64,000 bases of DNA, from the NCBI GenBank assembly GCA_030390025.1, contig JASTWF010000337.1, forward strand, positions 434,001 through 498,000, given 5' to 3'. The notes beneath the pieces were generated by a model. That model saw nothing but the letters and a program-made list of their open reading frames with translations. It was not told where the DNA came from and did no database searches. Of the stretch, positions 11,254-22,796 are shown piece by piece. Source of the DNA: Squalus acanthias. Lineage: Eukaryota. The translations under genes and the position numbers were made by a program. The stretch's first letter is position 1. Every line of letters begins with the position of its first letter.

Positions 11254-13165
11254 ACTTGCTGTACCTGCATGTTAACTTTCTGTGATTCATGTACAAGTAC
11301 ACTCAGGTCCCTCTGAGTGCAAACATTTCCCAGTCTCTCACCATTCAAAAAATATTCTGCCTTTTGTCTTTCCTACCAAAGTGGATAACTTGACACTTCC
11401 CCACATTGTATTCTATTTGCCATGTTCTTGCCCACTCAGTCAACCTGTCTATATCTCTCTGCAGTCTCTTTGCATCCTCCTCACAGCTTACTTTACCACC
11501 TAACTTTGTATCAGCAGCAAACTTGGATACGTTACACTCAGTCCCTTCATCTAAGTCATTAATATAGATTGTAAATAGCTGAGGCCCAAGCACTGATCCG
11601 TGTGGCACCCCGCTAGTTACAGCCTGCCAACCGGAAAAAGTTCCGTTTATTCCTACTCTGTTTTCTGTCCATTAACCAATCCTCAATCCATGCTAATATA
11701 TTACTCCGAATCACGAGTCCTAATTTTGTGTAATAACCTTATCGAATGCTTTTTGAAAATCCAAATACACTACATCAACTGGTTCCCCCTTATCCATCCT
11801 ACCAGTTACATCTTCAAAAAAATCTAACAGATTTGTCAAACATGATTTCCCTTTCTCTGCCTAATCATATTATGATTTCTAAGTGCCCTGTTACCACGTC
11901 CCTAATAATAGATTCAAGCATTTTGCCTACTACTGATGTCAAGCTAACTGGCCTATAGTTCCCCGTTTTTTCTCTTCCTCCTTTCTTAAATAGCAGGGTT
12001 ATGTTTGCTACCTTCCAATCCTTGGGGACTGTTCTAGAATCTAGGGAATTTTGGAAAATTGATACCAATGCATCCACTATTTCTGCAGCTACCTCTTTTA
12101 AAATCCTAGGATGCAGGTCGCCAGGTCCAGGGGATTTGTCGCCACTTAGTACTGGAGAAATTAATGGGACTATGTCTTTACTTATACTGATTTCTTTAAA
12201 TTCCTCATTCTCTCTAGACCCTTGGTTCCCCACTATTTCCAGAATGTTTTTTGTGTCTTCTAGCATGAAGTCAGATACAAAGTATTTGTTTAATGTCTCT
12301 GCCATTTCCTTATATGCCCATTATAATTTCTCCTGTCTTTGCCTCTAACGGGCCCACGTTTACTTTAACTAATCTCTTCCTATTTACATACTTATAGAAA
12401 CGGTTACAATCTGCTTTTATGTCTCTTGCTAATTTACTCTCATATTCTTTTTTCTCTTTCCTGATCAATTTCTTGGTCCTCCTTTGTTGAATTCTAAAAT
12501 CCTCCCAATCCTTACTACTCTTTTTGGCAACATTATAAGCCTCTTCCTTTGATCTAATACTATCTTTAACTTCACTTGTTAGCCACGGTTGGACCACTTT
12601 TCCTGTGGGGTTTTTGTGCCTTAAAGGAATGTATATTTGTTGTAAATTATGTATTAATTTTTTAAATGCTAGCCATTGCTCATCTACCGTCATACATTTT
12701 AATGTAGTTTCCCAATCTACCTTAGCCAACTCGCCCCTCATACCTACGTAGTTTGCTTTGTTTAGATTTAAGACCCTAGTTTCAGAGTTAACTAAATCAC
12801 TTTCAAACTCAATATAAAATTCTATCATATTATGGTCACTCTTCCCTAAGGGCCCCTTTACTACAAGGTTATTAAATAACCCTTTCTCATTGCACAATAG
12901 TAGATCTAAAATAGCCTGTTCCCTAGTTGGTTCCTTAACATACTGATCTAGAAAACTATCTTGTATACATTCCATGAACTCGTCCTCCATACTATTACTG
13001 CAAATTTGGTTTGCCCAGTCTATATGTAGATTAAAGTCCCTCATGATTACTGTATTACCCTTGTTACATGCGCCTCTAATTTCCTGATTTATACTTTGCC
13101 CTACATTACAACTACTGTTTGGGGACCTATAAACAACTCCCATCAATGTTTTCTGCCCCTTGCTG
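11254..13165 (-). mobile_element. CR1 LINE ORF2 fragment with internal deletions
   Basis: ORFs 12310-13200, 11865-12305 and 11345-11608 are homologous to the 6840 element. Confidence 0.9.
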
Positions 13166-13430
13166 TTTGTTATGGCACGGATATGTGGTCGGAAGCTCAT
13201 TTCAGGGTCAAATATGTCACCAAGGTTGTGAACAGTCTAGTTCAGCCTCAGACAGATGCCAGGGAGAGGGATGGAGTCGGTGGCTAGGGAACGGAGTTTG
13301 TGGCGGGGACTGAAGAAAATGGCTTTGGTCTTCCCAATATTTAATTGGAGAAAATTTCTGCTCATCCAGAACTGGATGTCAGACAAGCAATTTAGAGACA
13401 GTGGAGGGGTCAAGAGAGGTGGTGGTGAGG
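13166..13430 (-). mobile_element. L2-type LINE fragment
   Basis: Reverse complement resembles 17900-18150 and 40060-40300. Confidence 0.75.
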
Positions 13431-13499
13431 TAATAATGGGTGAATTAGAATCAATCCAAAGGGGTTAGGGAAAAGATGTGTGAGGGCACCCATGAGTAA

Positions 13500-13720
13500 C
13501 ATAACATAAGAACATAAGAAATAGGAGCAGGAGTAGGCCATTTGGCCCCTCGAGCCTGCTCCACCATTTAATGAGATCATGGCTGATCTGATCTTGGGCT
13601 CAGCTCCATTTTCCTGTCCGCTCCCCATAACCCATCACTCCCTTATTTGCAACAAAAAAAAATCTGGGAAAATTCCTCTGCCACCCATCTAGGCGATCGA
13701 ACCAGGAGATCACTCTGGCC
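13500..13720 (-). mobile_element. CR1 3'-end fragment
   Basis: cataagaacataagaaataggagcaggagtaggcc tail signature. Confidence 0.75.
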
Positions 13721-14371
13721 CTTTTGCATAGACTGCCCCCTTGTCCTGATTCTTATCTCATGGATCAGGAGTTGTGCATGCTTTATGCTGTGGCAATGCT
13801 GGTTAGAGGCATCTTGGGACCAAATAAACACCAGTAACAATGGGTTTTGATTCAACACCCTCTCTCTTTGCCTTCTCCAAATCGACTGGCTTCCCCTGTA
13901 ACATACACCTAAAGGTGTGGGTCTCCGCCTCAACCTCCCTTCTTAGTAACGTGTATAGATTTGTTCTCTGCAAAGAAATAATTGCAGAGGCCTGTCTTAA
14001 TTATGCCTTTCACAATGCTGAATCTGCACCCACTTGTGCTGCGATTCTGATATGTTTCAGGTTTTTGGGATCTCTGTATCTAGTCATTGGACAAGGTTTG
14101 GAGGCTACCCACCAGAAGGCTTGGAATTTTGATTTGAATCCAGCTGTTGCTTAAATGGATCAGGTGAAAGCTCCCGAACTACAATTGGATCATTTGACTC
14201 CACAAATATCGACTGCATAAATACAGGTGCAAGAAACCACTTTATCTAAACCATATCTTGTGCTGTAGCAACAATTCCAAACCTCTGCTCACTTGTGTTT
14301 GTGATACAGGTGAACACCAGTTTGGAATTGTTCACAGCAATTAAGTGTACAATGGGTCTCAGAACTAAAAT

Positions 14372-14525
14372 AGTTAGCTGTGGCTCTGTGGGCAGCACTC
14401 TCACCTCCGAGTCAGAAGGCCGCGGGTTCAAGTCCCACTCCAGAGACCCGAGCACAAAAATCCAGGCTGACACCCCAGTGCAGTGCCGAGGGAGTGTTGC
14501 ATGGTCAGAGGTGCCCTCTTTCAGG
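14372..14525 (+). mobile_element. tRNA-derived SINE, 5' part (Deu-domain type)
   Basis: A-box-like tggctctgtgg, B-box ggttcaagtcc, then tactgaggga-like core. Confidence 0.8.
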
Positions 14526-15565
14526 TAACTTAAATCATCTGGGTACAATTCACCAAGAGTTATCAATCTGGTATCAATGTATATTCGAGTGAAAGCCAGG
14601 AAATTGTAAGTGTGACAAGTTAATTGATAGCTTTCTCCTGGAGATTTTTGTGTCCTTGCCTATACTGAACAATAAGGAAACTGCATTTGAGAGCATGGCC
14701 ACTATCGAGACATAAGCAAAGACCTCCACACCGCCCCCCCGATCTTTTAATAAGATAACCTGAAATGTCCAAGAAAGGTTTGCATCTGATGTCACGTGTG
14801 GCATGATCTTGGGATGTGTGTGTGCAAATGTGATAAGTTACATGTGAGGCAACTAGCATGCGGAAATGCTCAGTTACTTGACAATAGCACAACATGAAAT
14901 GGTTAATGTGGCTCAGGAGAGTGAGAAAACCTTTAATCAAGGCACTGACATATGTTCCATAGAGAAACCAACCTTTTTATGAAACAATCAGGATAGAGTT
15001 AAACACAGAGGGATTGAAATTGAAGTAAAGAGGGACATAGAATTTGGATTTACGAAATCCGTGGGTTGGGTTCCTTTGAGTTAACAATGAAATTGGAACA
15101 ATTGAGGGCTAGGGAGAAATAATACTTAGCAAGAATTATCCACAAAATGGATAAGGGTAAAGGGAGTGCTGAGAATCTTTGAAGTCCATGATTTCTCGAT
15201 AATATGGGACACTGTAGCTTTCTGTACAATGTATTATGATCTTCTCTGTCTGGATCATGATGTGTAGTATTGGGCAAATGAGACTTGGATTAGTGATCAC
15301 GTACATGCTGCTTGGACAAGCCCTTAAAAACTGAAGAGGGAAACAGATCCCGGTTAGAGGAGAGCTCTATCAAATATGCTGTGTAAAGGACGATTACCAA
15401 CAGCTGAAATAAAAGGGGCTCGTTGGCACAATATGTATATGGTACGTTTGTTTATGTGAATGTAACATCAACCGACTGTAAACTCAAGGTGATCTAAGGT
15501 GAGGCCAGAAAGGAAATTCACGGGTAAAAGTGAAAGTCGACCCAGTGTGGTTCCAACTCAGGTTC

Positions 15566-15577
15566 AAAAGGAGGGAA
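15566..15577 (+). promoter_or_regulatory. Polypurine tract
   Basis: AAAAGGAGGGAA directly abutting the 3' LTR. Confidence 0.85.
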
Positions 15578-16116
15578 TATTAGAATAGTGACCATTTCTA
15601 GTTGACCATCTTCCCATCAGACCCTGCCTGTGTACAGCAAGTTAAAATGTCCTTGTGACGTGCTGGCTCTTGACGTTCGAGCTGAGCTTACAGATAACAG
15701 GTTTTCTTTGGGAACAGACTGAGCTTGTAGCTGCAAGAACCAGACACTTACAGATAATAGATGGATAACAACAAGATACGGTCAGGGACAAGGCCAGTAT
15801 GTTTGTAATTAGAGACCGACTTATTGGGTATAATTATAGGACGAGTGGTCAGTGGTTGTTCGAGCTCTCAAGACAATCGGAAGTAGCGCAGCCTAGTGAC
15901 GGAGGGCGAGCTAATCACCTTGAAGTCCGCGGGGAAACCAGGTTGTATTAATTGCATGTCATTTAATGTAATACTGTAGAACAGTTGTATAAGAACAATA
16001 ATGTTATTAGTCAATATATATTAAAGCTTGTTGTTTAAAACCATTCGGCCAGAGTTTTTGTTGCAGGTCTAACAACCCTTTATTGCTACAGTAACCGCGG
16101 AAAAAATCCGCTAACA
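15578..16116 (+). repeat. 3' LTR (539 bp)
   Basis: Repeat of 2393-2933; starts TATTAG, ends CTAACA; ATTAAA at 16020-16025. Confidence 0.93.
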
Positions 16117-16326
16117 GATCCCTCTACACTGTCCCATCAAACACTCCCAGGGCAGGTACAGCACGGGGTTAGATATAGAGTAAAGCTCCCTCTACACTGT
16201 CCCATCAAACACTCCCAGGGCAGGTACAGTATGGGTTAGATACAGAGTAAAGCTCCCTCTACACTGTCCCATCAAACACTCCCAGGGCAGGTACAGCACG
16301 GGGTTAGATACAGAGTTAAACTCCCT
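16117..16326. repeat. ~62-bp minisatellite, right part
   Basis: About 3.3 copies of the same unit as 2259-2392. Confidence 0.9.
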
Positions 16327-16364
16327 AAAACAAATTCTAACTCGTGAAAAACAGCAGAATGTAC

Positions 16365-16435
16365 CTGTATGTTTTACACAGCACTAGTCGAGAATACACC
16401 GAGTCGAAGTCTCGTTCCACCTCCTTACCAGCAGC
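16365..16435 (-). CDS. SGSM3: SGSM3 coding exon: [23 protein letters not shown](R)
   Basis: ccatag|GCT GCT GGT...TAC AG|gtacat; 71 nt; phases fit both neighbouring exons. Confidence 0.95.
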
Positions 16436-16454
16436 CTATGGAATAAGGGATGGG

Positions 16455-16745
16455 TGGCAGTGGGGGGAGGAGGGGGAAGAGAGAAAAAAAGGGGGCGAGG
16501 GAGCAAAGGGGAGAAAGAAGAAAGGGGGGGGGGGGGAAGATGAGGCGAAAGAGAAAGGGCAGACAGACGGTACGAGTGGGTAACAAGGGAAGACAGAAAC
16601 AGGGGGAAGGGAAGATAGAGAGCGGGGAAGAGAGGGGAGCGGAAGAGAGAAACAGGGAGGGGAAGAAAGGGGGAGAGGAGAGGTAGAGTTGGAAAGAGAG
16701 GATAGGGAAGAGGAGAGAGAGAGAAAGGGAAAGAAGAAAAACAAA
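16455..16745. repeat. Purine-rich low-complexity tract (pyrimidine-rich on the SGSM3 sense strand)
   Basis: Almost entirely G/A; lies within the 407-nt intron. Confidence 0.8.
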
Positions 16746-16842
16746 ATTGAGAGGCACACCACAAATTGTTTATGTACGAAAACAGTGTGAAATATCGGAG
16801 AAGTTGAAATGTTTTTCACAATCCAGGGACAGCCTCCATTAC

Positions 16843-16995
16843 CTCTTCAATAAAAAGCCAGGGATGGCAGGGGCCACCGAGAATAGATGGTTTCTTCAAA
16901 CCCTGCTCAAATATTGCCTTAAGTGCTGGACACAGTGATCCTCGGACCAGGTCTGTTACTGCTTCTGTTACCGAATCATCTCCAGCCACCGAGTA
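16843..16995 (-). CDS. SGSM3: SGSM3 coding exon: [51 protein letters not shown]
   Basis: tttgtag|TAC TCG GTG...GAA GAG|gtaatg; 153 nt, phase 0-0. Confidence 0.95.
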
Positions 16996-17078
16996 CTACA
17001 AACAGAAACATAAATCACACCGTCAGCGGCAAATACACAGCAGAGAAAACCTTTCAGAGCAAAGCAGACAGTCCATTC

Positions 17079-17685
17079 TGGAACAGGGTGAGGATGGGAT
17101 GCCTGTATTCAGCACACTATATGGAACAGGGCGACGATGGGATGCCTGTACCCGGCACACTATATGGAACAGGGTGAGGATGGGATGCCTGTACCCGGCA
17201 CACTATATGGAACAGGGTGAGGATGGGATGCCTGCATTCAGCACACTATATGGAACAGGGTGAGGATGGGACGCCTGTACCCGGCACACTATATGGAACA
17301 GGGTGAGGATGGGATGCCTGTATTCAGCACACTATATGGAACAGGGCGAGGATGGGATGCCTGTATTCAGCACACTATATGGAACAGGGCGAGGATGGGA
17401 TGCCTGTACCCGACACACTATATGGAACAGGGCGAGGATGGGATGCCTGTATTCAGCACACTATATGGAACAGGGCGAGGATGGGATGCCTGTATTCAGC
17501 ACACTATATGGAACAGGGCGAGGATGGGATGCCTGTACCCGATACACTATATGGAACAGGGCGAGGATGGGATGCCTGTATTCAGCACACTATATGGAAC
17601 AGGGCGAGGATGGGATGCCTGTACCCGACACACTATATGGAACAGGGCGAGGATGGGATGCCTGTATTCAGCACACTATATGGAA
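17079..17685. repeat. 43-bp minisatellite, about 14 copies
   Basis: ggaacagggYgaggatgggatgcctgta(ttcag|cccgR)cacactatat. Confidence 0.95.
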
Positions 17686-17689
17686 ACAC

Positions 17690-18960
17690 CTGGTTCCATT
17701 CTTATCTATCTGGTTGTAGCCAGAGAATCTCCTGTAATGGCTTCTCACCCGCTCCATTACCTCTGGTGCCCCTCAAGGATCGATCCTTGGTCCGCTTCTA
17801 TTTCTCATCTACATGCTGCCTCTCGGTGACATCATCCGAACACACAGCATCAGGTTCCACATGTACGTTGACGACACCCAGCACTACCTCACCACCCCAT
17901 CTCTCGACCCCTCCACGGTCTCTAATTGTCTAACTGCCTGTCCGACATCCAGTATTCGATGAGCAGAAGTTTCCTCCAACTAAATATTGGGAAGACTGAA
18001 GTCTTCGGTCCCCGCCACAATCTCCATTCCCTAGCTACAAACTCCATGCCTCTCCCTGGCAACTGTCTGAGGCTGAACCAGACTGTTTGCAACCTTGGCG
18101 TCCTATTTGACTGAGAGTGAGCTTCCGACCACATATCCGCGCTGTCACTAAGACCGCCTATTTCCACCTCCCCAACATCGCCCGATTCCGCCTCAGCTCA
18201 TCTGCTGCTGAAACCCTCATCCATGCCTTTGTTACTTCTACTGGACTATTCTAACGCTCTCCTGGCCGACTTCCCACCTTGCATGCTCCGTAAACTTGAG
18301 GTCATCCAAACCTCTGCTGCCGGTGTCCTAACTCGCACCAAGTCCAGTTCACCCATCACTCCTGTGCTCGCTGACCAACACTGGCTCTCAGTTAAGCAAC
18401 GCCTCGATTTTAAAATTATCATTCTTGTTTTCAAATCCCTCCGTGGCCTCGCCTCTCCCTATCCTCCCCTCGGCCTCTCTTCTCCACTACAAACCGTCCA
18501 GGAGCTCCTCGCACTTCTTGTTGGAGGTGAGCGTGGAGGAGACAGGGGAGAGGGGTTTAAGAAGACGGTTGGTAGTGGAAAAGAGAAGCCGAGGGCTATC
18601 TTTACATTCCTGGATGATCCTGGAACAGTGAGCAGTTTTGGCAGAGGAGTGTAGGACCTGATGGCGCTTTGTGGTCCAGTCAGATCTGGCGATGAATGGC
18701 TAAACCAGTTGTGCACCATAAATGTTCAAGTCTGCATCCCTTGAACTAAGGGAGCAGAAATGGGGGCCGTACCAGGGTGAACGACCATGGTGAGAGAGAG
18801 TGATGGTTTCAGTGGGGACAAGGGTGTCAAAGGTGGAGGTGAGGGTGTGATTGAACAGATTGGTAGCTGCAGCAATGTCGTGGTGAATGAAGGGCCAAAG
18901 GCTAGAGAGTTGGGAATTTGAAAGTGCCGCTGTAAGTGACTTGGGGGGGAGAATTTTCAC
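17690..18960. mobile_element. L2-type LINE fragments (+ strand to ~18460, probable - strand piece ~18610-18960)
   Basis: Degenerate PQGSILGP and YADD region, DYSNALL, ITPVLADQHWL. Confidence 0.75.
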
Positions 18961-19134
18961 AGAGGTCGCCCGTGACCCGGTTTGGGGGAGTGTGTCTCTC
19001 TTGTTCCAGGGTGCGGGGTGCTTTCTGGATTGAGTGGGGGGGGGGGGGGTTCTCTGGATGAGGGGATGGTGTGTGGCTTATGGAGACTGGAAAAAACTAC
19101 AATACAACACCTGAAAATTAAAACATTTATAATA

Positions 19135-20169
19135 TAAGAACATAAGAAATAGGAGCAGGAGTAGGCCAATCGGCCCCTTGAGCCTGCTCCGCCATTCAAT
19201 AAGATCATGGCTGATCTGATCCTAACCTCAAATCTAAAGAACACAAGAAGTAGGAGCAGGACCCGGGCAATCAGCCCCTGGGCCCGCTCCGCCACCCACA
19301 GGGCCTTGACCAATCCGAACTCAGCCTCATGTCCAATTTCCTGCCCGCTCCCCGTAACCCCTAATTCCTTTTACTTCTAGGAAACTGTCTATTTCTGTTT
19401 TAAATTTATTTAATGATGTAGCTTCCACAGCTTCCTGGGGCAGCAATTTCCACAGACCTACTACCCTCTGAGTGAAGAAGTTTCTCCTCATCTCAGTTTT
19501 GAAAGAGCAGCCCCTTATTCTAAGATTATGCCCCCTAGTTCTAGTTTCACCCATCCTTGGGAACATCCTTACCGCATCCACCCGATCAAGCCCCTTCACA
19601 ACCTTATATGTTTCAATAAGATCGCCTCTCATTCTTCTGAACTCCAATGAGTAGAGTCCCAATCTACCCAACCTCTCCTCATATGTCCACCCCCGGGATT
19701 AACCGAGTGAACCTTCTTTGTACTGCCTCGAGAGCAAGTATGTCTTTTCTTAAGTATGGACACCAAAACTGTATGCAGTATTCCAGGTGCGGTCTCACCA
19801 ATACCTTATATAACTGCAGCAATACCTCCCTGTTTTTATAATCTATCCCCCTAGCAATAAAATCCAACATTCCGTTGGCCTTCTTGATCACCTGCTGCAC
19901 CTGCATACTAACTTTTTGATTTTCTTGCACTCGGACCCCCAGATCCCTTTATACTGCAGTACTTTCCAGTTTCTCGCCATTAAGATAATAACTTGCTCGC
20001 TGATTTTTCCTGCCGAAGTTCATAACGTCACATTTTCCAATATTGTATTGCATCTGCCAAATCTCCGCCCACTCACCCAGCCTGTCTATATCCCCTTGTA
20101 GGTTTTTTATGTCCTCCTCACTTTCTACTTTCCCTCCCATCTTTGTATCATCTGCAAACTTTGATATGT
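19135..20169 (-). mobile_element. CR1 3' portion with tail
   Basis: ORFs 19949-20203, 19679-19930, 19327-19671; taagaacataagaa tail. Confidence 0.9.
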
Positions 20170-20199
20170 CAGTTTTCTCTTCTCTCCTGAAGGCAATGA

Positions 20200-20920
20200 A
20201 CACTGCACAGACTTCAAGAGCCCACCAGTACCATGCTCAATGACCATTCACTGACCGCTGCACAGACTCCGAGAGCCCACCAGTACTGTGCTCAATGACC
20301 ATTCACTGACCGCTGCACAGACTCCGAGAGCCCACCAGTACCGTGCTCACTGACCGCTGCACAGACTCCGAGAGCCCACCAGTACCGTGCTCACTGACCG
20401 CTGCACAGACTCCGAGAGCCCACCAGTACCGTGCTCACTGACCGCTGCACAGACTCCGAGAGCCCACCAGTACCATGCTCACTGACCGCTGCACAGACTC
20501 TGAGAGCCCACCGGTACCGTGCTCACTGACCATTCACTGACCGCTGCACAGACTCTGAGAGCCCACCGGTACCGTGCTCAATGACCATTCACTGACCGCT
20601 GAACAGACTCCGAGAGCCCACCAGTACCGTACTCAATGAACATTCACTGACCGCTGCACAGAGTCCGAGAGCCCACCAGTACCGTGCTCAATGAACATTC
20701 ACTGACCGCTGCACAGAGTCCGAGAGCCCACCAGTACCGTACTCAATGAACATTCACTGACCGCTGCACAGAGTCCGAGAGCCCACCAGTACCGTACTCA
20801 ATGACCATTCACTGACCGCTGCACAGACTCCGAGAACCCACCAGTACCGTGCTCAATGACCATTCACTGACCGCTGCACAGACTCCGAGAACCCACCAGT
20901 ACCGTGCTCAATGACTATTC
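20200..20920. repeat. 39/51-bp minisatellite, about 15 copies
   Basis: ctgaccgctgcacagactccgagagcccaccagtaccgtgctca with an optional extra atgaccattca-type segment. Confidence 0.95.
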
Positions 20921-21405
20921 TATACATGTGACTGAAGACTGTGTGAGCAATCTGTGATCATGGAAAGCCATCACACAAGAGGGGCCCAATTCTGTCCTCA
21001 TGTGATATACAGCAGTGACTGGACAGTGAACATAAACAGGAAGGAGGCCTTTATTTTTCCCCTCCCTCGCCCAGGAGCAGAAGGTGGTGGTGAGCCGCCT
21101 TCTTGAACCGCTGCAGTCCGTGTGGTGAAGGTACTCCCACAGTGCTGTTAGGTAGGGAGTGCCAGGATTTTGACCCAGCGACGATGAAGGATCGGCGATA
21201 TACTTCTAAGTCAGGATGGTGTGTGACTTGGAGGGAAACTTGGAGGTGGTGGTGTTCCCATGCGCCTGCTGCCCTTGTCCTTCTAGGTGGAAGTGGTTGT
21301 GGGTTTGGGAGGTGTTGCCGAAGAAGCCTTGGCGAGTTGCTGCAGTGTATCTTGTAGATGGTACACACTGCAGCCATGGTCCACCGATGGTAGAAGGAGT
21401 GAATG

Positions 21406-22497
21406 TAATATATTAGCATGGATAGGGGATTGGCTAACTAACACAAAACAGAGAGTCGGGATACAATCAGTAACTAGTGGGGCGCCACAGGGATCAGTGC
21501 TGGGGCCTCAATTATTACAATCTATATTAATGACTTGGATGAAGGGACCAAGTGTACTGTAGCCAAATTTTCTGATGATACAAAGATAGGTGGGTTAGCA
21601 AGTTGTGAGGAGGACACAGGGAGTCTGCAAAGGGATATAGATAGGTTAAGTGAGTGGGCAAAAATTTGGCAGATGGAGTATAATGTGGGAAAATGTGAGG
21701 TTATCCACTTTGGAAGGAAGAATGAAAAAGCAAATTATTATTTAAATGGAGTGACTACAAAATGCTGCGGTACAAAGGGATCTGGGGGTCCTAGTACAGG
21801 AAACACAAAAAGGTAGCAAGCAGGTACAGCAAGTAATTAGGAAGGCTAATGGAATGTTGGCCTTTATTGCAAGGGCGATGGAGTATAAAAGTAGGGAAGT
21901 TTTGATGCAACTTTACAGGGCGCTGGTGAGACCGCACCTGGAGCACTGCGTACAGTTTTGGTCTCCATATTTAAGGAAGGATATACTCGCATTGGAGGCA
22001 GTTCAGAGAAGGTTCACTAGGTTGATTCCTGGGATGAAGGGGTTGACGTATGAGGAAAGGTTGAGCAGGTTGGGCCCTATACTCATTGGAGTTTAGAAGA
22101 ATGAGAGGTGATCTTATTGAAACATATAAGATACTGAGGGGGATTGACAGGGTAGATGCTGAGAGGATGTTTCCCCTAGTGGGGGTATCTAGAACTAGGG
22201 GCATAATTTCAGAATAAGGGGCCGCCCATTTAAGACGGAGATGAGGAGGAATTTCTTCTCTCAGAGGGTTGTGAATCTTTGGAATTCTCTTCCCCAGAGA
22301 ACTGTGGAGGCGGAGTCATTGAATATGTCCAAGGCGGAGATTGACAGACATTTGAACTACAAGGGAGTCAAGGAGTATGGGGAGAGAGCGGGAAAGTGGT
22401 GTTGAGGCCAAGATTGGATCAGCCATGATCTTATTGAATGGCGGAGCAGGCTTGAGGGGCCGAATGGCCGACTCCTACTTCTGCTTCTTATGTTCTT
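21406..22497 (+). mobile_element. CR1 3' portion with tail
   Basis: PQGSVLGP, FSDDTK, RPHLEHCVQFWSPY; ends cttatgttctta. Confidence 0.9.
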
Positions 22498-22796
22498 AAG
22501 GTGGTGGATGGGGTGCCAAACAAATGGGCTGCTTTGTCCTGGATGGTGTCGAGTTTCTTGAGTGCTGTTGGAGCTGCACTCATCCAGGCAAGTGGAGAGT
22601 ATCCCATCACATTCCTTACTTGTGCCTTGTAGATGGTGAAAAGGCTTTGGGGAGTCAGGAGGTGAGACACTCGCCGCAGAATACGTAGCCTCTGATCTGC
22701 TCTTGTTGCCACAGTGTTTATGTGGCCAGTCCAGTTAAGTTTCTGGTCAATGGTGACCCCCAGGATGTTGATGATGGGGGATTCGGTGATGGTAAT

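Larger units (their letters stand above)
2393..16116 (+). mobile_element. LTR retroelement / ERV-like provirus, apparently non-autonomous, with nested insertions
   Basis: Paired LTRs, PBS after the 5' LTR, PPT before the 3' LTR, degenerate 5-bp TSD (gcgcc/gatcc versus host unit gctcc). Confidence 0.9.

Noticed and set aside
14372..14450. tRNA gene
   Set aside because: The A/B boxes continue into a SINE body shared with other copies in the window
17079..20920. Regular short repeats resembling CRISPR arrays
   Set aside because: Head-to-tail units with no unique spacers, no cas genes, and a vertebrate intron context
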